A DNA stretch of 64,000 nucleotides from Terriglobia bacterium (lineage in GTDB: Bacteria; Acidobacteriota; Terriglobia; 20CM-2-55-15), in the NCBI GenBank assembly GCA_963664115.2, contig CAXWPJ010000006.1, forward strand, positions 96,001 through 160,000, in the 5' to 3' direction. A program made the translations under genes and the position numbers. Below are positions 18,851 through 29,370 of this stretch, piece by piece. Each line of letters opens with the position of its first letter. Position 1 is the first letter of the stretch. The notes below the pieces were generated by a model. That model saw only the letters and a program-made list of their open reading frames with translations. It searched no databases and had not been told where the DNA came from.

Positions 18851-19210
18851 CTATTTTTTCGCACCGCTGTTCGAGCCGGTCTTCGTGGGTTTCTTTGAAG
18901 TCGTTTTTTTGTCAGATGAGCTGGTCGAGTCGGTCTTGCCACCGTCGGCCTTTTTGTCTCCGTCCTTGTTCGAATCGGATTTCGATTCGTCCTTTTTGGT
19001 ATCAGTGGCTTCACCGTCGCCCTTGGAATCCTTCTTTGCGTAGTCGGTGACGTACCAGCCAGAGCCCTTCAATTGGAATGAAGATTGGGAAATCAGCTTC
19101 GTAAGGGTTCCGCCGCATCCTTCATGTATCTTGAGGAGAGGATCGGAGAATTTTTGAATTTTTTCAATGACTTCGTCGCATTTGCTGCAACCGTATTCGT
19201 AGATCGGCAT
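18851..19210 (-). CDS. FmdB-family zinc-ribbon protein
   Basis: MPIYEYGCSKC...HEGCGG...FQLKGSGWYVTDY with low-complexity tail. Confidence 0.92.
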   Translation of the reverse strand: MPIYEYGCSKCDEVIEKIQKFSDPLLKIHEGCGGTLTKLISQSSFQLKGSGWYVTDYAKKDSKGDGEATDTKKDESKSDSNKDGDKKADGGKTDSTSSSDKKTTSKKPTKTGSNSGAKK

Positions 19211-19355
19211 ATCGATTTAATAGCACAATGACTTCGATATTGGAAAGAGACAGTCCTCTGGCGCCGCCCGGGTTGATTCGGATCGGCCTATCCCATACAA
19301 TTTCCTTTTGGAGTCCGTACTTGATCGATCGCGCTCATAATTGAGGAGGCTACGA

Positions 19356-19739
19356 ATGAGGAAGCAGTTGTTCTGGGTATTGGGGGCGGCGTGCCTGTTG
19401 ATGGTGAGTGGAATTGGAGTCCCTGGTGTCAGTGGGGCTGAACCTCAGTCCAACTTCACGAATATCCAGGTGCTGACCGACATGTCCGACGGCGATATTC
19501 AGCGGCTGATGCAATCCTGGGCACGGCAACTGGGCGGCGTGTCCTGCATTGAGTGCCATGTCCAGGGAGATTTCGCCTCCGACGAATTGCCGACGAAGGT
19601 TGCTGCCCGGAATATGGCACGTATGGTGATGTCCCTTAACGAAAACTTCTTCCAAAGTCCGGAGTTTGAGAGTATCGGGCGCGAGGCCGAGTGTTTTATG
19701 TGCCATCAGGGATCGCTGGAAATCCCCCAGGCGGATTGA
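19356..19739 (+). CDS. Periplasmic dihaem c-type cytochrome (reaction-centre cytochrome c subunit-like family)
   Basis: Signal peptide; CIECH and CFMCH; NIQVL motif. Confidence 0.85.
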   Translation: MRKQLFWVLGAACLLMVSGIGVPGVSGAEPQSNFTNIQVLTDMSDGDIQRLMQSWARQLGGVSCIECHVQGDFASDELPTKVAARNMARMVMSLNENFFQSPEFESIGREAECFMCHQGSLEIPQAD

Positions 19740-19770
19740 CGCTGTAGCGGACTCAGGCGCTAAGGTATAG

Positions 19771-19803
19771 AATGGCGGCCCTTGATAGGGCCGCCATTTT
19801 TTT
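19771..19803 (+). terminator. Intrinsic terminator
   Basis: AATGGCGGCCCT-TGAT-AGGGCCGCCATT followed by a T-tract. Confidence 0.8.
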
Positions 19804-19828
19804 GTTTAAGGGTGTGGAGGTCGATGAC

Positions 19829-20374
19829 GTGATCGATGAGGTTAGAAAGATATTGGTGGAGCTCGGAGAGGACCCGACGCGCGACGGTCTGCAGAAGACG
19901 CCCGAACGCGTCGAGAGCTCGCTGCGCTATCTGACGAGCGGATACAAGGAGGATGCCGACGCGATCCTCAACGGTGCTCTCTTCGAAGTTCCCTACGATG
20001 AAATGGTGATCGTCAAGGACATCGAATTATTCAGCTTGTGTGAGCATCATCTCCTTCCATTTTTTGGGAAGTGTCATGTTGCTTACTTGCCCGATTCCAA
20101 GGTGATTGGTTTGAGCAAGATCCCACGCCTCGTGGACATGTTCGCCCGCCGGTTGCAGGTTCAGGAGCGCTTGACGATGCAAATTGCTGAGACGATCAAC
20201 GACAAGATACGCCCCCGGGGCGTCGGAGTCGTTGTGGAGGCGCAGCATCTGTGCATGATCATGCGCGGTGTAGAAAAACAGCATTCGGTGGCTGCCACGA
20301 GTTCCATGTTGGGGGCCTTCAAGGATGACCAGAACACGCGGAGTGAGTTCCTGAATTTGATCGGCCGGGCCTGA
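19829..20374 (+). CDS. folE: GTP cyclohydrolase I
   Basis: [30 protein letters not shown]; GGAGG before GTG. Confidence 0.96.
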   Translation: MIDEVRKILVELGEDPTRDGLQKTPERVESSLRYLTSGYKEDADAILNGALFEVPYDEMVIVKDIELFSLCEHHLLPFFGKCHVAYLPDSKVIGLSKIPRLVDMFARRLQVQERLTMQIAETINDKIRPRGVGVVVEAQHLCMIMRGVEKQHSVAATSSMLGAFKDDQNTRSEFLNLIGRA

Positions 20375-20384
20375 GTGGATAGCT

Positions 20385-20990
20385 ATGGTCGACACGATCA
20401 TTTTCGATCTGGACGGCACGCTGACACTCGTTCCGAGTCCGTGGCGCTATGTGCACGAACGCCTGGGACTTTGGGATGAGGTGGCCTCGGGGTTTCTGGA
20501 TCAGTGGTTGGCCGGCGGCATTTCCTACGAAGAGTTCTGCCGGCGCGATTTCGGGCTGTGGAAGGGGCTGGAACTGGCCCAGATCGAGGAGTTGTTGGAA
20601 GAAATTGAGATCAATCCGCATCTTCCCGCTATCGTGGCTCGGTTGAGGGAACAGTCCATTCAATCCATTATCATTTCGTCAGGTTTTTCATGTGTTGCCC
20701 GCCGAATCCAGTCAGAGTTCGAATGGGAACCGCTCCGCATCTACGCGAATGAACTCATCGACGGTCCCGAAGTGAGGATTCGCGTTTCCGCCGATCTGGA
20801 TTCCCCGCTATCAAAGAAGCGCCTCGCGGAAACGGCGCTTAGTGAAATCGGAGGCGATCCGAGACGCAGCCTGGTGGTTTCAGACTCGAAACGGGATCTG
20901 GAGATGACGGCCCAGTGCCGGTACCACCTCCTGGTCGAAAACGAAGCCGATCTAGCCCAGGTACACGAATATCTGGATCTTCGCGGTTGA
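20385..20990 (+). CDS. HAD-superfamily phosphatase (SerB-like)
   Basis: FDLDGTL, ISSGF. Confidence 0.85.
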   Translation: MVDTIIFDLDGTLTLVPSPWRYVHERLGLWDEVASGFLDQWLAGGISYEEFCRRDFGLWKGLELAQIEELLEEIEINPHLPAIVARLREQSIQSIIISSGFSCVARRIQSEFEWEPLRIYANELIDGPEVRIRVSADLDSPLSKKRLAETALSEIGGDPRRSLVVSDSKRDLEMTAQCRYHLLVENEADLAQVHEYLDLRG

Positions 20991-20995
20991 ACACT

Positions 20996-21673
20996 ATGAA
21001 CGATTCGCTCAAATATAAGGCTGCCGTAGCGGCGCTGGACGAAGTAGGCGATGGCATGGCCGTGGGCTTGGGAACGGGTTCGACCGTGACCCATTTCATT
21101 CGGGAACTTGGCAACCGCGTGCGCGACGGCCTGAAAGTGACCGCTATCGCGACCTCTTCGCAGTCGGAGACGCTGGCACTCGAGGTCGGTATTCCCATCG
21201 TTACGTTTCAAGATCAGAAAGAGCTGGATCTTACCGTCGATGGGGCCGACGAAGTGTCACCCGAGCTCAACCTGGTTAAAGGTCTGGGTGGTGCGCTGGT
21301 GAGAGAGAAGATCGTTGCAGTTGCGTCTCGTCGACTCGTAATTGTCGTTGATGACAGTAAGTTGGTTGACCAACTCGGAACCCGCTCGCCAGTCCCCGTG
21401 GAGGTCGTTCCTTTCGCGGCTGACATCGTGATGCACCAGCTGGGCGCAATCGGTGGCCAACCCAGGCTTCGGGTCATGGAGTCGGGCCGGCCGTTTGTGT
21501 CCGACAACGGGAATTTCGTTGTTGACTGGCACTTTGGGCCGATAATAGATCCCCCAATGGTTGAACGGCGATTGAAGTCCGTGTCGGGTGTTGTCGACTC
21601 GGGAATTTTTTCCGACCTGGCGGATCGGGTGATTGTCGCCCGCGGGACCGGTTTGGAAATACTCGATCGCTAA
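20996..21673 (+). CDS. rpiA: Ribose-5-phosphate isomerase A
   Basis: GLGTGST, DGADE, KGLGGALVREK. Confidence 0.96.
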   Translation: MNDSLKYKAAVAALDEVGDGMAVGLGTGSTVTHFIRELGNRVRDGLKVTAIATSSQSETLALEVGIPIVTFQDQKELDLTVDGADEVSPELNLVKGLGGALVREKIVAVASRRLVIVVDDSKLVDQLGTRSPVPVEVVPFAADIVMHQLGAIGGQPRLRVMESGRPFVSDNGNFVVDWHFGPIIDPPMVERRLKSVSGVVDSGIFSDLADRVIVARGTGLEILDR

Positions 21674-21684
21674 CCCTAATCAAA

Positions 21685-22632
21685 GTGACGCCGCTTTTTC
21701 TTAAAGACAACGAGGTCGCCGATCTGGTGTCGGTTTCCGATGCGATCGGCGTTCTTCGAACCGCTTTCCGGCAACAGGCTGCCGGTGAAGCTACTTCCAA
21801 CCCTCGACAACGACTGGCAACCGGCACTGCTTTTCTGCACATGCTGGCCGGCGCTATCCCAGGTTACTTCGGATACAAAGCTTACGTGACGAGTCGAGCG
21901 CGGTCGCAGTTCATGTTCTTCCTGTTCGACTCCAATACTTGCGAGCAACTGTCGATCATGGAGGCGGACCGCCTCGGGCAGATCCGTACCGGCGCGGCGA
22001 CCGGAATAGCGACCGAATTCCTTGCACCCGATGATGTGACGGTGGCCACTATATTCGGAGCCGGGTGGCAGGCCCAGAGCCAATTGCTGGCAATGGATGC
22101 GGTTCGGGACCTCAACCGCGTCTGGATCGTCAACCGGCATCCGGAGCGTGCGGAGCGATTCATAGAGAAGATGGCACCGCAGGTAAAGGCAGAATTGAAG
22201 CCTGCCGTTTCTGCCGAAGATGCCGTTCGGGAAAGCCGGCTCGTAACGACGATAACCAACAGCCGTGAACCTGTTCTGTTTGGAGACTGGGTTGAGGCTG
22301 GGACCCACGTCAACGCGGCGGGAGGGAACATGTGGCTTCGCCGGGAAGTGGACGCGGATCTGGTTCTCGCTTCGGAGAGACTCGTCGTCGATTCGATCGA
22401 ACAGGCGCGGATTGAATGCGGAGAGTTCCTGCCCGTTCTGGTTACAGGCCGCAGGCACTGGGATGAAGTACTCGAGTTAAAAGATATAGTGGGGTCTCAG
22501 TGCGGCCGCGAAACGTCCGAGGAGCGGACGCTCTTTAAGTCTCTTGGACTGGGTCTTGAAGACGTGGCCCTTGGAGCCCTGGTTTATGAGCGGGCCAGGG
22601 AGCGAGGCGTGGGTCGGAGCGTAAATTTCTAG
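21685..22632 (+). CDS. Ornithine cyclodeaminase / mu-crystallin family protein
   Basis: RTGAA, GAGWQA, FKSLGLGLEDVA. Confidence 0.92.
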   Translation: MTPLFLKDNEVADLVSVSDAIGVLRTAFRQQAAGEATSNPRQRLATGTAFLHMLAGAIPGYFGYKAYVTSRARSQFMFFLFDSNTCEQLSIMEADRLGQIRTGAATGIATEFLAPDDVTVATIFGAGWQAQSQLLAMDAVRDLNRVWIVNRHPERAERFIEKMAPQVKAELKPAVSAEDAVRESRLVTTITNSREPVLFGDWVEAGTHVNAAGGNMWLRREVDADLVLASERLVVDSIEQARIECGEFLPVLVTGRRHWDEVLELKDIVGSQCGRETSEERTLFKSLGLGLEDVALGALVYERARERGVGRSVNF

Positions 22633-22637
22633 GGGTT

Positions 22638-22964
22638 TCAGGGCAGGGCTGGAATTTGCAGGTATAAGTCGTCACCCCGGACTTCGCATGGAAACGTGGG
22701 TGCAGTCAGAGTTTTTCCCTGGCAACTTCCGTCCTCGAGGCGGACCCTCCAACCGTGCCAGCCACAAATAATGACACCATCTTGTGCAATACCCTCCGTC
22801 AGCGGAAAACCCAGGTGGGGACAGAGATTTTCAAGCGCATAGAAGGTCTGATCCCACTGGAAAAGAGCGATGTCCCGTCCGTCAATCGTGACGCCATGAC
22901 CCATCCCGTCTTCGGGAACCTCTTCGACGGAACCCACACGGACCCATTTTGTCGTTGCCTCCAT
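22638..22964 (-). CDS. Rieske (2Fe-2S) ferredoxin
   Basis: CPH...CGWH. Confidence 0.92.
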   Translation of the reverse strand: MEATTKWVRVGSVEEVPEDGMGHGVTIDGRDIALFQWDQTFYALENLCPHLGFPLTEGIAQDGVIICGWHGWRVRLEDGSCQGKTLTAPTFPCEVRGDDLYLQIPALP

Positions 22965-23204
22965 TGCGACGCTCCCGGCAACAGTCTAGCAAGGGGACAG
23001 GCGCCTCATCCCAGAATCGACCCTTGAATCTCTTGGCTTGCGAATTCGGGAATCAATGCGGCTGTCTTGATGATGCTTCACCTCGACACAGGGCGTCGGA
23101 CGGCTTGGGCATACCGAAACCCAAGCGTAGACACATGTTATACTTACCTCTTTTCCGCTCGAAACTCAGTCGCCCGATATCATCGAAAGATTGCTCTGAA
23201 ACAA

Positions 23205-24794
23205 ATGTCAAATTTTAAAGTTCTGCTGACTGATGGGATCGACAAGGCCGGCGTCGACCTGCTGAGTAAAACTGAAATCATCGAGCCACTTCTCGAAGCG
23301 AAACCAGGGCGCCGGAAGCTACTTGAAATTGTTTCCGAAGTAGACGGCATCGTCGTTCGTAGCGCCACCCAGGTCGATCGCGAATTGATCGAAGCGGCCC
23401 CGAGCTTGAAAGTCATTGGCCGCGCCGGAGTTGGAGTCGATAATGTCGATATCGATGCCGCTACCGAACGCGGTGTCATCGTAATGAACTCCCCGAGTGG
23501 ATCCTCCACCACGACGGCGGAACACGCCGTGGCGATGATGTTCGCCCTCTCTCGCAACATTCCACAAGCATACCGCCTGCTTAAAGAAGGAATTTGGGAC
23601 AAGAGCTTGTTCAAAGGCGTGGAACTCAGAGCAAAAACACTGGGTGTGGTCGGGCTGGGCCGTATCGGAAGCGAAGTGGCGCGCATGGCCCGGGGAATCG
23701 GTATGACTGTGATGGCGTACGATCCTTTTATCCGACCCGACGCGGAACAGGCTGCGGGACTTCAACTGGTTGCACTCGATGAGCTGTTTGCCGAGGCCGA
23801 CTTCATCTCTGTTCATACACCGTTGACCGCCGAAACGCGAAACCTGATCGATGGTGCTGTTATCGCGGGTATGAAGGACGGTGTTCGGCTCATCAACTGC
23901 GCACGTGGCGGAATCATCAACGAGGCCGATCTTGCCGATGCCCTTGCTTCGGGTAAGGTCGCAGGAGCCGCATTTGACGTCTTCGATTCGGAACCGAACA
24001 CGGATTCTCCCCTGTTTGACCTGGACAATTTTATTGCGACACCGCACCTCGGCGCCTCGACAATCGAAGCCCAGCGCAAGGTGTCGGAAGACATATGCCG
24101 CCAGATTGCAGATTATCTGATTAAGAATACGATCCGCGGTGCGCTGAATTTTCCTCAACTCGATGCAGGGCAGCTCGACCGCTACAGGCATTTCGTGGAC
24201 CTTGTCACACGGCTCGCGACCTTCGCCATTCAGATCGCGGACGGTCCTATGGAGAGCGTTGCAATCCGGTATTCGGGAGAAGTGTGCGACATGAACCTCG
24301 AATATCTAACATCGACCGTTATGCGGAAGCTTCTTTCTCCAATTCTGGGTGAAGAGATCAACCTGATCAATGCCACACGAATTGCGCAACAGAGAGGCAT
24401 CAAGCTGGAAGAGACACGTGTGCAGGTACCGGAAAACTTTACGAGCCTGGTGCAGATAGAAGTCCGCACCGAAAGGGAATCGCGCCGTGTGTCGGGCACG
24501 GTGTTCACGGACAAGTTGCCGCGGATCGTTGCGGTGGATGGCTACGAACTGGAAGTCGTACCGCGTGGCCACATGATTTTCTTGACGAACAACGATAAGC
24601 CCGGTGTCATTGGTGACATCGGGACGGTACTCGGGAAATGCGGGGTCAACATTGCGGGTATGCATCTGGGCCGGGAGATCGAGGGTGGAACGGCCCTGGC
24701 TCTCTTGTTGATCGACGCTGCCATAAGCGAAGACGTCGTCAATCAAGTCAGAAATATTGAAAACGTTCTGACCGCGAAAGCTGTCCGAATCTGA
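23205..24794 (+). CDS. serA: D-3-phosphoglycerate dehydrogenase (type I, ASB and ACT domains)
   Basis: GRAGVGVDN, GLGRIG, NCARGG, TPHLGAST, NNDKPGVIG. Confidence 0.96.
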   Translation: MSNFKVLLTDGIDKAGVDLLSKTEIIEPLLEAKPGRRKLLEIVSEVDGIVVRSATQVDRELIEAAPSLKVIGRAGVGVDNVDIDAATERGVIVMNSPSGSSTTTAEHAVAMMFALSRNIPQAYRLLKEGIWDKSLFKGVELRAKTLGVVGLGRIGSEVARMARGIGMTVMAYDPFIRPDAEQAAGLQLVALDELFAEADFISVHTPLTAETRNLIDGAVIAGMKDGVRLINCARGGIINEADLADALASGKVAGAAFDVFDSEPNTDSPLFDLDNFIATPHLGASTIEAQRKVSEDICRQIADYLIKNTIRGALNFPQLDAGQLDRYRHFVDLVTRLATFAIQIADGPMESVAIRYSGEVCDMNLEYLTSTVMRKLLSPILGEEINLINATRIAQQRGIKLEETRVQVPENFTSLVQIEVRTERESRRVSGTVFTDKLPRIVAVDGYELEVVPRGHMIFLTNNDKPGVIGDIGTVLGKCGVNIAGMHLGREIEGGTALALLLIDAAISEDVVNQVRNIENVLTAKAVRI

Positions 24795-24823
24795 TCCGGC
24801 CGCAGGTTGCCAGGAGTTCTGTC

Positions 24824-27751
24824 ATGCTGGGGACGAGCGCATCGTTGGCACGGCACACCGTAATCTCCGTTCTATTATTTCTGATTGCTCCCATCAGTCT
24901 GACGGCGCAAGATCAGTTCGCCAACCTCGGTGGCACAGTCACCGAGGCATCCGGAACACCTGTTGAGATGGCCGAGGTTCGCCTCCTTCTGGCTGACGGC
25001 CGTGTTTTTGAAGCTGTAACTGGAAGTGACGGCAATTTCTCTTTTGAGATCGCGGAGCCGTTCCGGTTTGAGGTGGGGCGGGCCGGTTTCCGCACAGTGC
25101 GGACGACGAGTGTTTCCCTGACTCCGGGGGAAAGCTATGAAATTGATTTTGTCTTGCTGGCTGGAAATCAATCCGATGTAGAGCTTGTCGAACTCCTGCT
25201 GCGGGACCCGATCCAGTTCAACGAAGGATCGACTCCATTGGCCCGTGCGGATCTCCCCCGTTCAGATCGGCTTTTCGGTCTTCGTGGCGGGCTCAATATA
25301 TCCGGTATCGCTGAGGGTTCGAGCCAGCAGTGGATCGCTGCTTCCGGCAGCGTTTTTGCCAGTTCTCCCAACTCAACAGCTTTGATCGAACCCTCTCGGC
25401 TGTCGGCGGAGTTTACGTCCAATATGGGTGTAGACGACTCGCTTCCTCCCGGTAGTTCCAGGTTCAGTGGAAACGCCTATTATTTTCACCTCAACGACGC
25501 GCTCAACGCCCGTAACTACTTCGACCTTCCCGACGAGCCGATTCCACCGTTCAAGTATCACTTCTTCGGATTTGAGCTGGGAGGCCCATTGGCAGAGCGG
25601 ACGTTTGTTTTTGGCAGGTACTGGGGATTGCGTATACGGCAATCCGTGACCCGCGCGGCCACTGTTCCGCCCCCGGCCTGGATCACCGGTGACTTTTCCT
25701 CTCTAGTGGAGCCCATTCTGGACCCGGAGACCGGCTTTCCGTTTCCCGGTAATAGAATCCCGGCCGACCGTATCCATCCGGTCGGGGCAACTCTTGGGGC
25801 GCTCTTTCCCAGGCCGAACGTCGCCGGTGAAGATATCCAGAACTTCCGGACTGTGGGTGCTCTTCGGACAGTGGCCGATGCCTTTGGTGTCCGCATCGAT
25901 CACAGGATCACGGTGAGCGACGAAACTTCTTTCGAGTACCAGTACAGCAGAGACACCACGGATGACCCGTTCAACTTCGTCACCGGAATTACGAATCTGC
26001 CGGGTTTCGGGGTTCGGGATTCCCTCGAGACGCACACTCTGAGAATTTCGAATGCCCACGTGTTTTCCCCGGCTCTCGTCCATCAAGTCAGTTTTTCCCT
26101 CGGATATCTCGAGCAACCCCGCAGCATCCAGAGCAAGGCCGAGTATCCGGCCGTGATCATTACCGGGTTCTCCAATGTGGGCCAGGCCACCAACTTGCCG
26201 CAGCAGAGGCGCAACCGGACTCTTGAAGTTTCCAGCGGCGTGTCCTGGGTTCATAGACGTGCGACGACTCAGGTTGGCGGCAGCCTGCGACACTTCAACT
26301 TCGACGCGTTCATAGACCTGTTCAGCCGGGGGCAGTTTCAGTTCAATGCGGATTCTTATTCACAGAACTCTTTCGCGAACCTCTTGCTGGGCCTTCCCGC
26401 GAACGCCGTACGCATTGAGGGTGACACGGACCGTCAGTTTGATACCTGGACCAGCGGACTCTACATGCAACACGTGTGGAGTCCCCGCCCGGGCCTCGAT
26501 ATCAATATTGGGCTCCGCTACGACTATCAGACGCCGTTCAGCGAAGCTCGAGGGCGCGTCGCAAATTTCAGCGCTCAAGGGGCGCTCAAGGTGAGCCCGA
26601 AACAACTGTATGCGGTCGATGCCAACAACTGGAGCCCCCGGATTGGATTGGCCTGGAGTCCTATGGCCGATACTGTGGTTCGTGCGGGCTACGGGATTTT
26701 CTACGACAATCTGTTGGTCGGCGACAGCTTGTTCCTACTCGGTCTGAACCCGCCTTTCGCCAGTTTTGATGTCGAAAATAACGATCCTGTTCTCCCTCGA
26801 TTCGACCTCGGGAGCGTGTTCACAGATCCGACTTCTTCGATACCTCCAAGTGTGTTTTCGGCCTCTCCTTCTCTCCGGAATCCTTATGTCCAGCACTGGA
26901 ATCTCCTCATCAGTCGCACCCTGTTTTCCGACTACGACGTAAGCCTCGGCTATATCGGACAAAAAGGGACGCATCTTCGCCGACAGGTGAACCTGAACCA
27001 GCCGACGCCCGGACCGGCAGTCACTTTGGACGATCGGCGGCCGTTCACTGACTTTGCAAACATTTTCCAGTTCGAGACAAGCGCGTCGTCGACAGCGCAT
27101 GCTGCGGACATCAGCGTCGTGCGACGGTTCACAGGTGGGCTGGGATTCGGCGGGACGTATCGATTTGCCCGGATGATCGATGATGCCACGCTGATCAGTA
27201 TTCTTCCGCAGAACAGCCACGATCTGAAATCGGAGAAAGGACTTGCCGATTTTCACGTCAAGCATCGCCTTTCACTGACAGGCACGCTCGATCTGCCGTT
27301 TCTTAACGGGTGGCAGCTGCAGGGCATTGGCCTGTTTCGTTCGGGCACACCCCTGTCGGCGATTGTCAGCTCTGACGTGGCCGGAACGGGAAGCCCGATC
27401 GTCAATCGTCCGAATCTGATCGGGGATCCACGGGTCGACAATCCCAGCCCGTCCCGATTCTTCAATACCGAGGCCTTCGAAATTCCAGAACTGGGCAGGT
27501 TCGGTGATAGTGGCCGGAACGTCATCATTGGTCCCGGACTGGCAAACGTAGATTTGGCTCTGAGACGAATGTTCCGTCTTTCGGATCAATATCAGGTGGA
27601 GTTCCGTGCCGATTTCTACAACGCTTTCAATCACGCGAATTTCATCGCGCCGCCAGCGACACAGAATTTCGCTGATTCCCCGGAGTTCGGTGCGCTGTTC
27701 GTCGCGCGCTCACCCAGGACGATACAACTCGGGTTGACCTTATTCTGGTAG
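24824..27751 (+). CDS. TonB-dependent receptor, Oar-like, with carboxypeptidase-regulatory-like N-terminal domain
   Basis: LNARNYF, GLRYDY, NNWSPRIGLAW, RAGYGIFY, FRADFYNAFNH, C-terminal QLGLTLFW. Confidence 0.9.
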   Translation: MLGTSASLARHTVISVLLFLIAPISLTAQDQFANLGGTVTEASGTPVEMAEVRLLLADGRVFEAVTGSDGNFSFEIAEPFRFEVGRAGFRTVRTTSVSLTPGESYEIDFVLLAGNQSDVELVELLLRDPIQFNEGSTPLARADLPRSDRLFGLRGGLNISGIAEGSSQQWIAASGSVFASSPNSTALIEPSRLSAEFTSNMGVDDSLPPGSSRFSGNAYYFHLNDALNARNYFDLPDEPIPPFKYHFFGFELGGPLAERTFVFGRYWGLRIRQSVTRAATVPPPAWITGDFSSLVEPILDPETGFPFPGNRIPADRIHPVGATLGALFPRPNVAGEDIQNFRTVGALRTVADAFGVRIDHRITVSDETSFEYQYSRDTTDDPFNFVTGITNLPGFGVRDSLETHTLRISNAHVFSPALVHQVSFSLGYLEQPRSIQSKAEYPAVIITGFSNVGQATNLPQQRRNRTLEVSSGVSWVHRRATTQVGGSLRHFNFDAFIDLFSRGQFQFNADSYSQNSFANLLLGLPANAVRIEGDTDRQFDTWTSGLYMQHVWSPRPGLDINIGLRYDYQTPFSEARGRVANFSAQGALKVSPKQLYAVDANNWSPRIGLAWSPMADTVVRAGYGIFYDNLLVGDSLFLLGLNPPFASFDVENNDPVLPRFDLGSVFTDPTSSIPPSVFSASPSLRNPYVQHWNLLISRTLFSDYDVSLGYIGQKGTHLRRQVNLNQPTPGPAVTLDDRRPFTDFANIFQFETSASSTAHAADISVVRRFTGGLGFGGTYRFARMIDDATLISILPQNSHDLKSEKGLADFHVKHRLSLTGTLDLPFLNGWQLQGIGLFRSGTPLSAIVSSDVAGTGSPIVNRPNLIGDPRVDNPSPSRFFNTEAFEIPELGRFGDSGRNVIIGPGLANVDLALRRMFRLSDQYQVEFRADFYNAFNHANFIAPPATQNFADSPEFGALFVARSPRTIQLGLTLFW

Positions 27752-27790
27752 GTATACCCACACCTTAGCGCTAAACTAACGTCTAACGTC

Positions 27791-28822
27791 TTGAATATGA
27801 ACCAACGCAACAAACGGATAAGCCCCTTTCGGTATGTTCTGTGCCTGCTTGCCCTGCTTTCTTTGAGCCAGAATTCGCTTGAGGGGCAGACACCGGTCGA
27901 GCGTCCGGAAGTGCACGCGGAATTTGGTTTCGGATTCCTGCCCTGGTCTTCGGAGGCGATCGAGAGTCTGGATTCAGAAGACGTCCGAACGCTCATTTCC
28001 GGACTTCACAGGGGATGGTCCGTCGACAAGTTTATTAACGAGACCGAACGACCACGCCTTCGCATCCTCACGATAATGGATGAGCTGGAGACTGCCGGAT
28101 TAGTCCGCGGCCGATCCGACTTCGACATGAGACCGGGTTTTCCAGTGCTTTTTGAGCAAGACCTGGTGGCAATCGATCCGCTGCTGGAACGTTCCACCAG
28201 GGAATTCACAGAAATCATTGAAGACCATTGGGATGAGATTGAGACCTTCCACAGGTCGCTTACAGCCGGCCAGGAGTTCCCCGAGCCGCAGAACATGTAC
28301 CGTCTCGTTATCGGCGGCGTCCTTTTAGGGGGAATGATCGAAGTTCTCTTCGACGACAAGACTCTGCTGCCGGGCGCGCCCCGTCGGGCCAGGCGCGGCG
28401 ACACATATTACACGTGGATGGTAGAAGGAGAAGAGAACCGCAGTTACCTGCTGCGCCAGACGGACCGTGTCGGCCGTCACGAGGTGTTCTCGGTCGGTCC
28501 CGTTGCTGAAGAAAATGTTCGCATTCAGATCGATGTTGTGGCCCAGGAAGGCCCCGTATACGAAACCGAGGATGCAAGACGCTGGCGGGTATTCACCAGT
28601 GTTTTCTCGAGAGACTATCTCCTGCCCTACATAAAGAGTCAGCGAAGTAATTTCCTGAGTATTCACTCCGATATTGAGGCATCGAAGTACAGCGCGCTCG
28701 CCGAGTTCGTCGCCTGGTACTATCAAGAACTCGTTCAGCGGACTGCGGACTCTTTGGTCGCAAGCGGACGACTCGAAGCACCCGAGACGTCTTACAAATA
28801 CGCGCTCCGCGAAGCCCGGTAA
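27791..28822 (+). CDS. Hypothetical exported protein
   Basis: Signal-peptide-like N-terminus; 343-aa ORF. Confidence 0.7.
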   Translation: MNMNQRNKRISPFRYVLCLLALLSLSQNSLEGQTPVERPEVHAEFGFGFLPWSSEAIESLDSEDVRTLISGLHRGWSVDKFINETERPRLRILTIMDELETAGLVRGRSDFDMRPGFPVLFEQDLVAIDPLLERSTREFTEIIEDHWDEIETFHRSLTAGQEFPEPQNMYRLVIGGVLLGGMIEVLFDDKTLLPGAPRRARRGDTYYTWMVEGEENRSYLLRQTDRVGRHEVFSVGPVAEENVRIQIDVVAQEGPVYETEDARRWRVFTSVFSRDYLLPYIKSQRSNFLSIHSDIEASKYSALAEFVAWYYQELVQRTADSLVASGRLEAPETSYKYALREAR

Positions 28823-28982
28823 GCGGCCACCGCTTACACGGATTTAACGGGCCAGGCCCTGCTTGCCTGCAGCCCGCCTGCCGGCGTTTCAGTCAAGATC
28901 AGATTCGACATCCGCCCCCGGGATTTATCTGCCAGAAGAATCTGCCTAATTGCCGGCTCCACCCTCCTGCTAAAATACCCCG

Positions 28983-29360
28983 ATGGAAAATGATGTGACG
29001 ACGGTTGATTCCTTGGACCAGGTTGCCCGAACACTCGGAATCGGCAGTATCCAACGTCATATCTTTCTTTGTGCAGACCAGACGACGCCAAAATGCGCCC
29101 CGAGGGATGAAACCAATCAATCGTGGAGTTACCTGAAGAAACGGCTTGCGGAATTGGGCCTCCAAGGGGCTCAGTCCTGTGTTTATCGTACAAAGGCGAA
29201 CTGCTTGAGAGTCTGTCGACAGGGGCCGATCGCGGTTGTCTATCCCGAAGGCGTGTGGTACCACTCGGCAACTTCCGAGGTGCTGGAACGCATCATTAAC
29301 GAACACCTCATTGAAGGAAACCCTGTTGAGGAGTTCGTCTTCGCCAAGAATCCTCTGTAG
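28983..29360 (+). CDS. Thioredoxin-like (2Fe-2S) ferredoxin
   Basis: HIFLC...KC...KANCLRVC..GP..VVYPEGVWY. Confidence 0.92.
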   Translation: MENDVTTVDSLDQVARTLGIGSIQRHIFLCADQTTPKCAPRDETNQSWSYLKKRLAELGLQGAQSCVYRTKANCLRVCRQGPIAVVYPEGVWYHSATSEVLERIINEHLIEGNPVEEFVFAKNPL

Positions 29361-29370
29361 TTTGTTCGGC

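Noticed and set aside
19356-19739. Reaction-centre cytochrome as evidence of phototrophy
   Set aside because: Only two haem motifs and no puf/bch genes; such cytochromes occur in non-phototrophs
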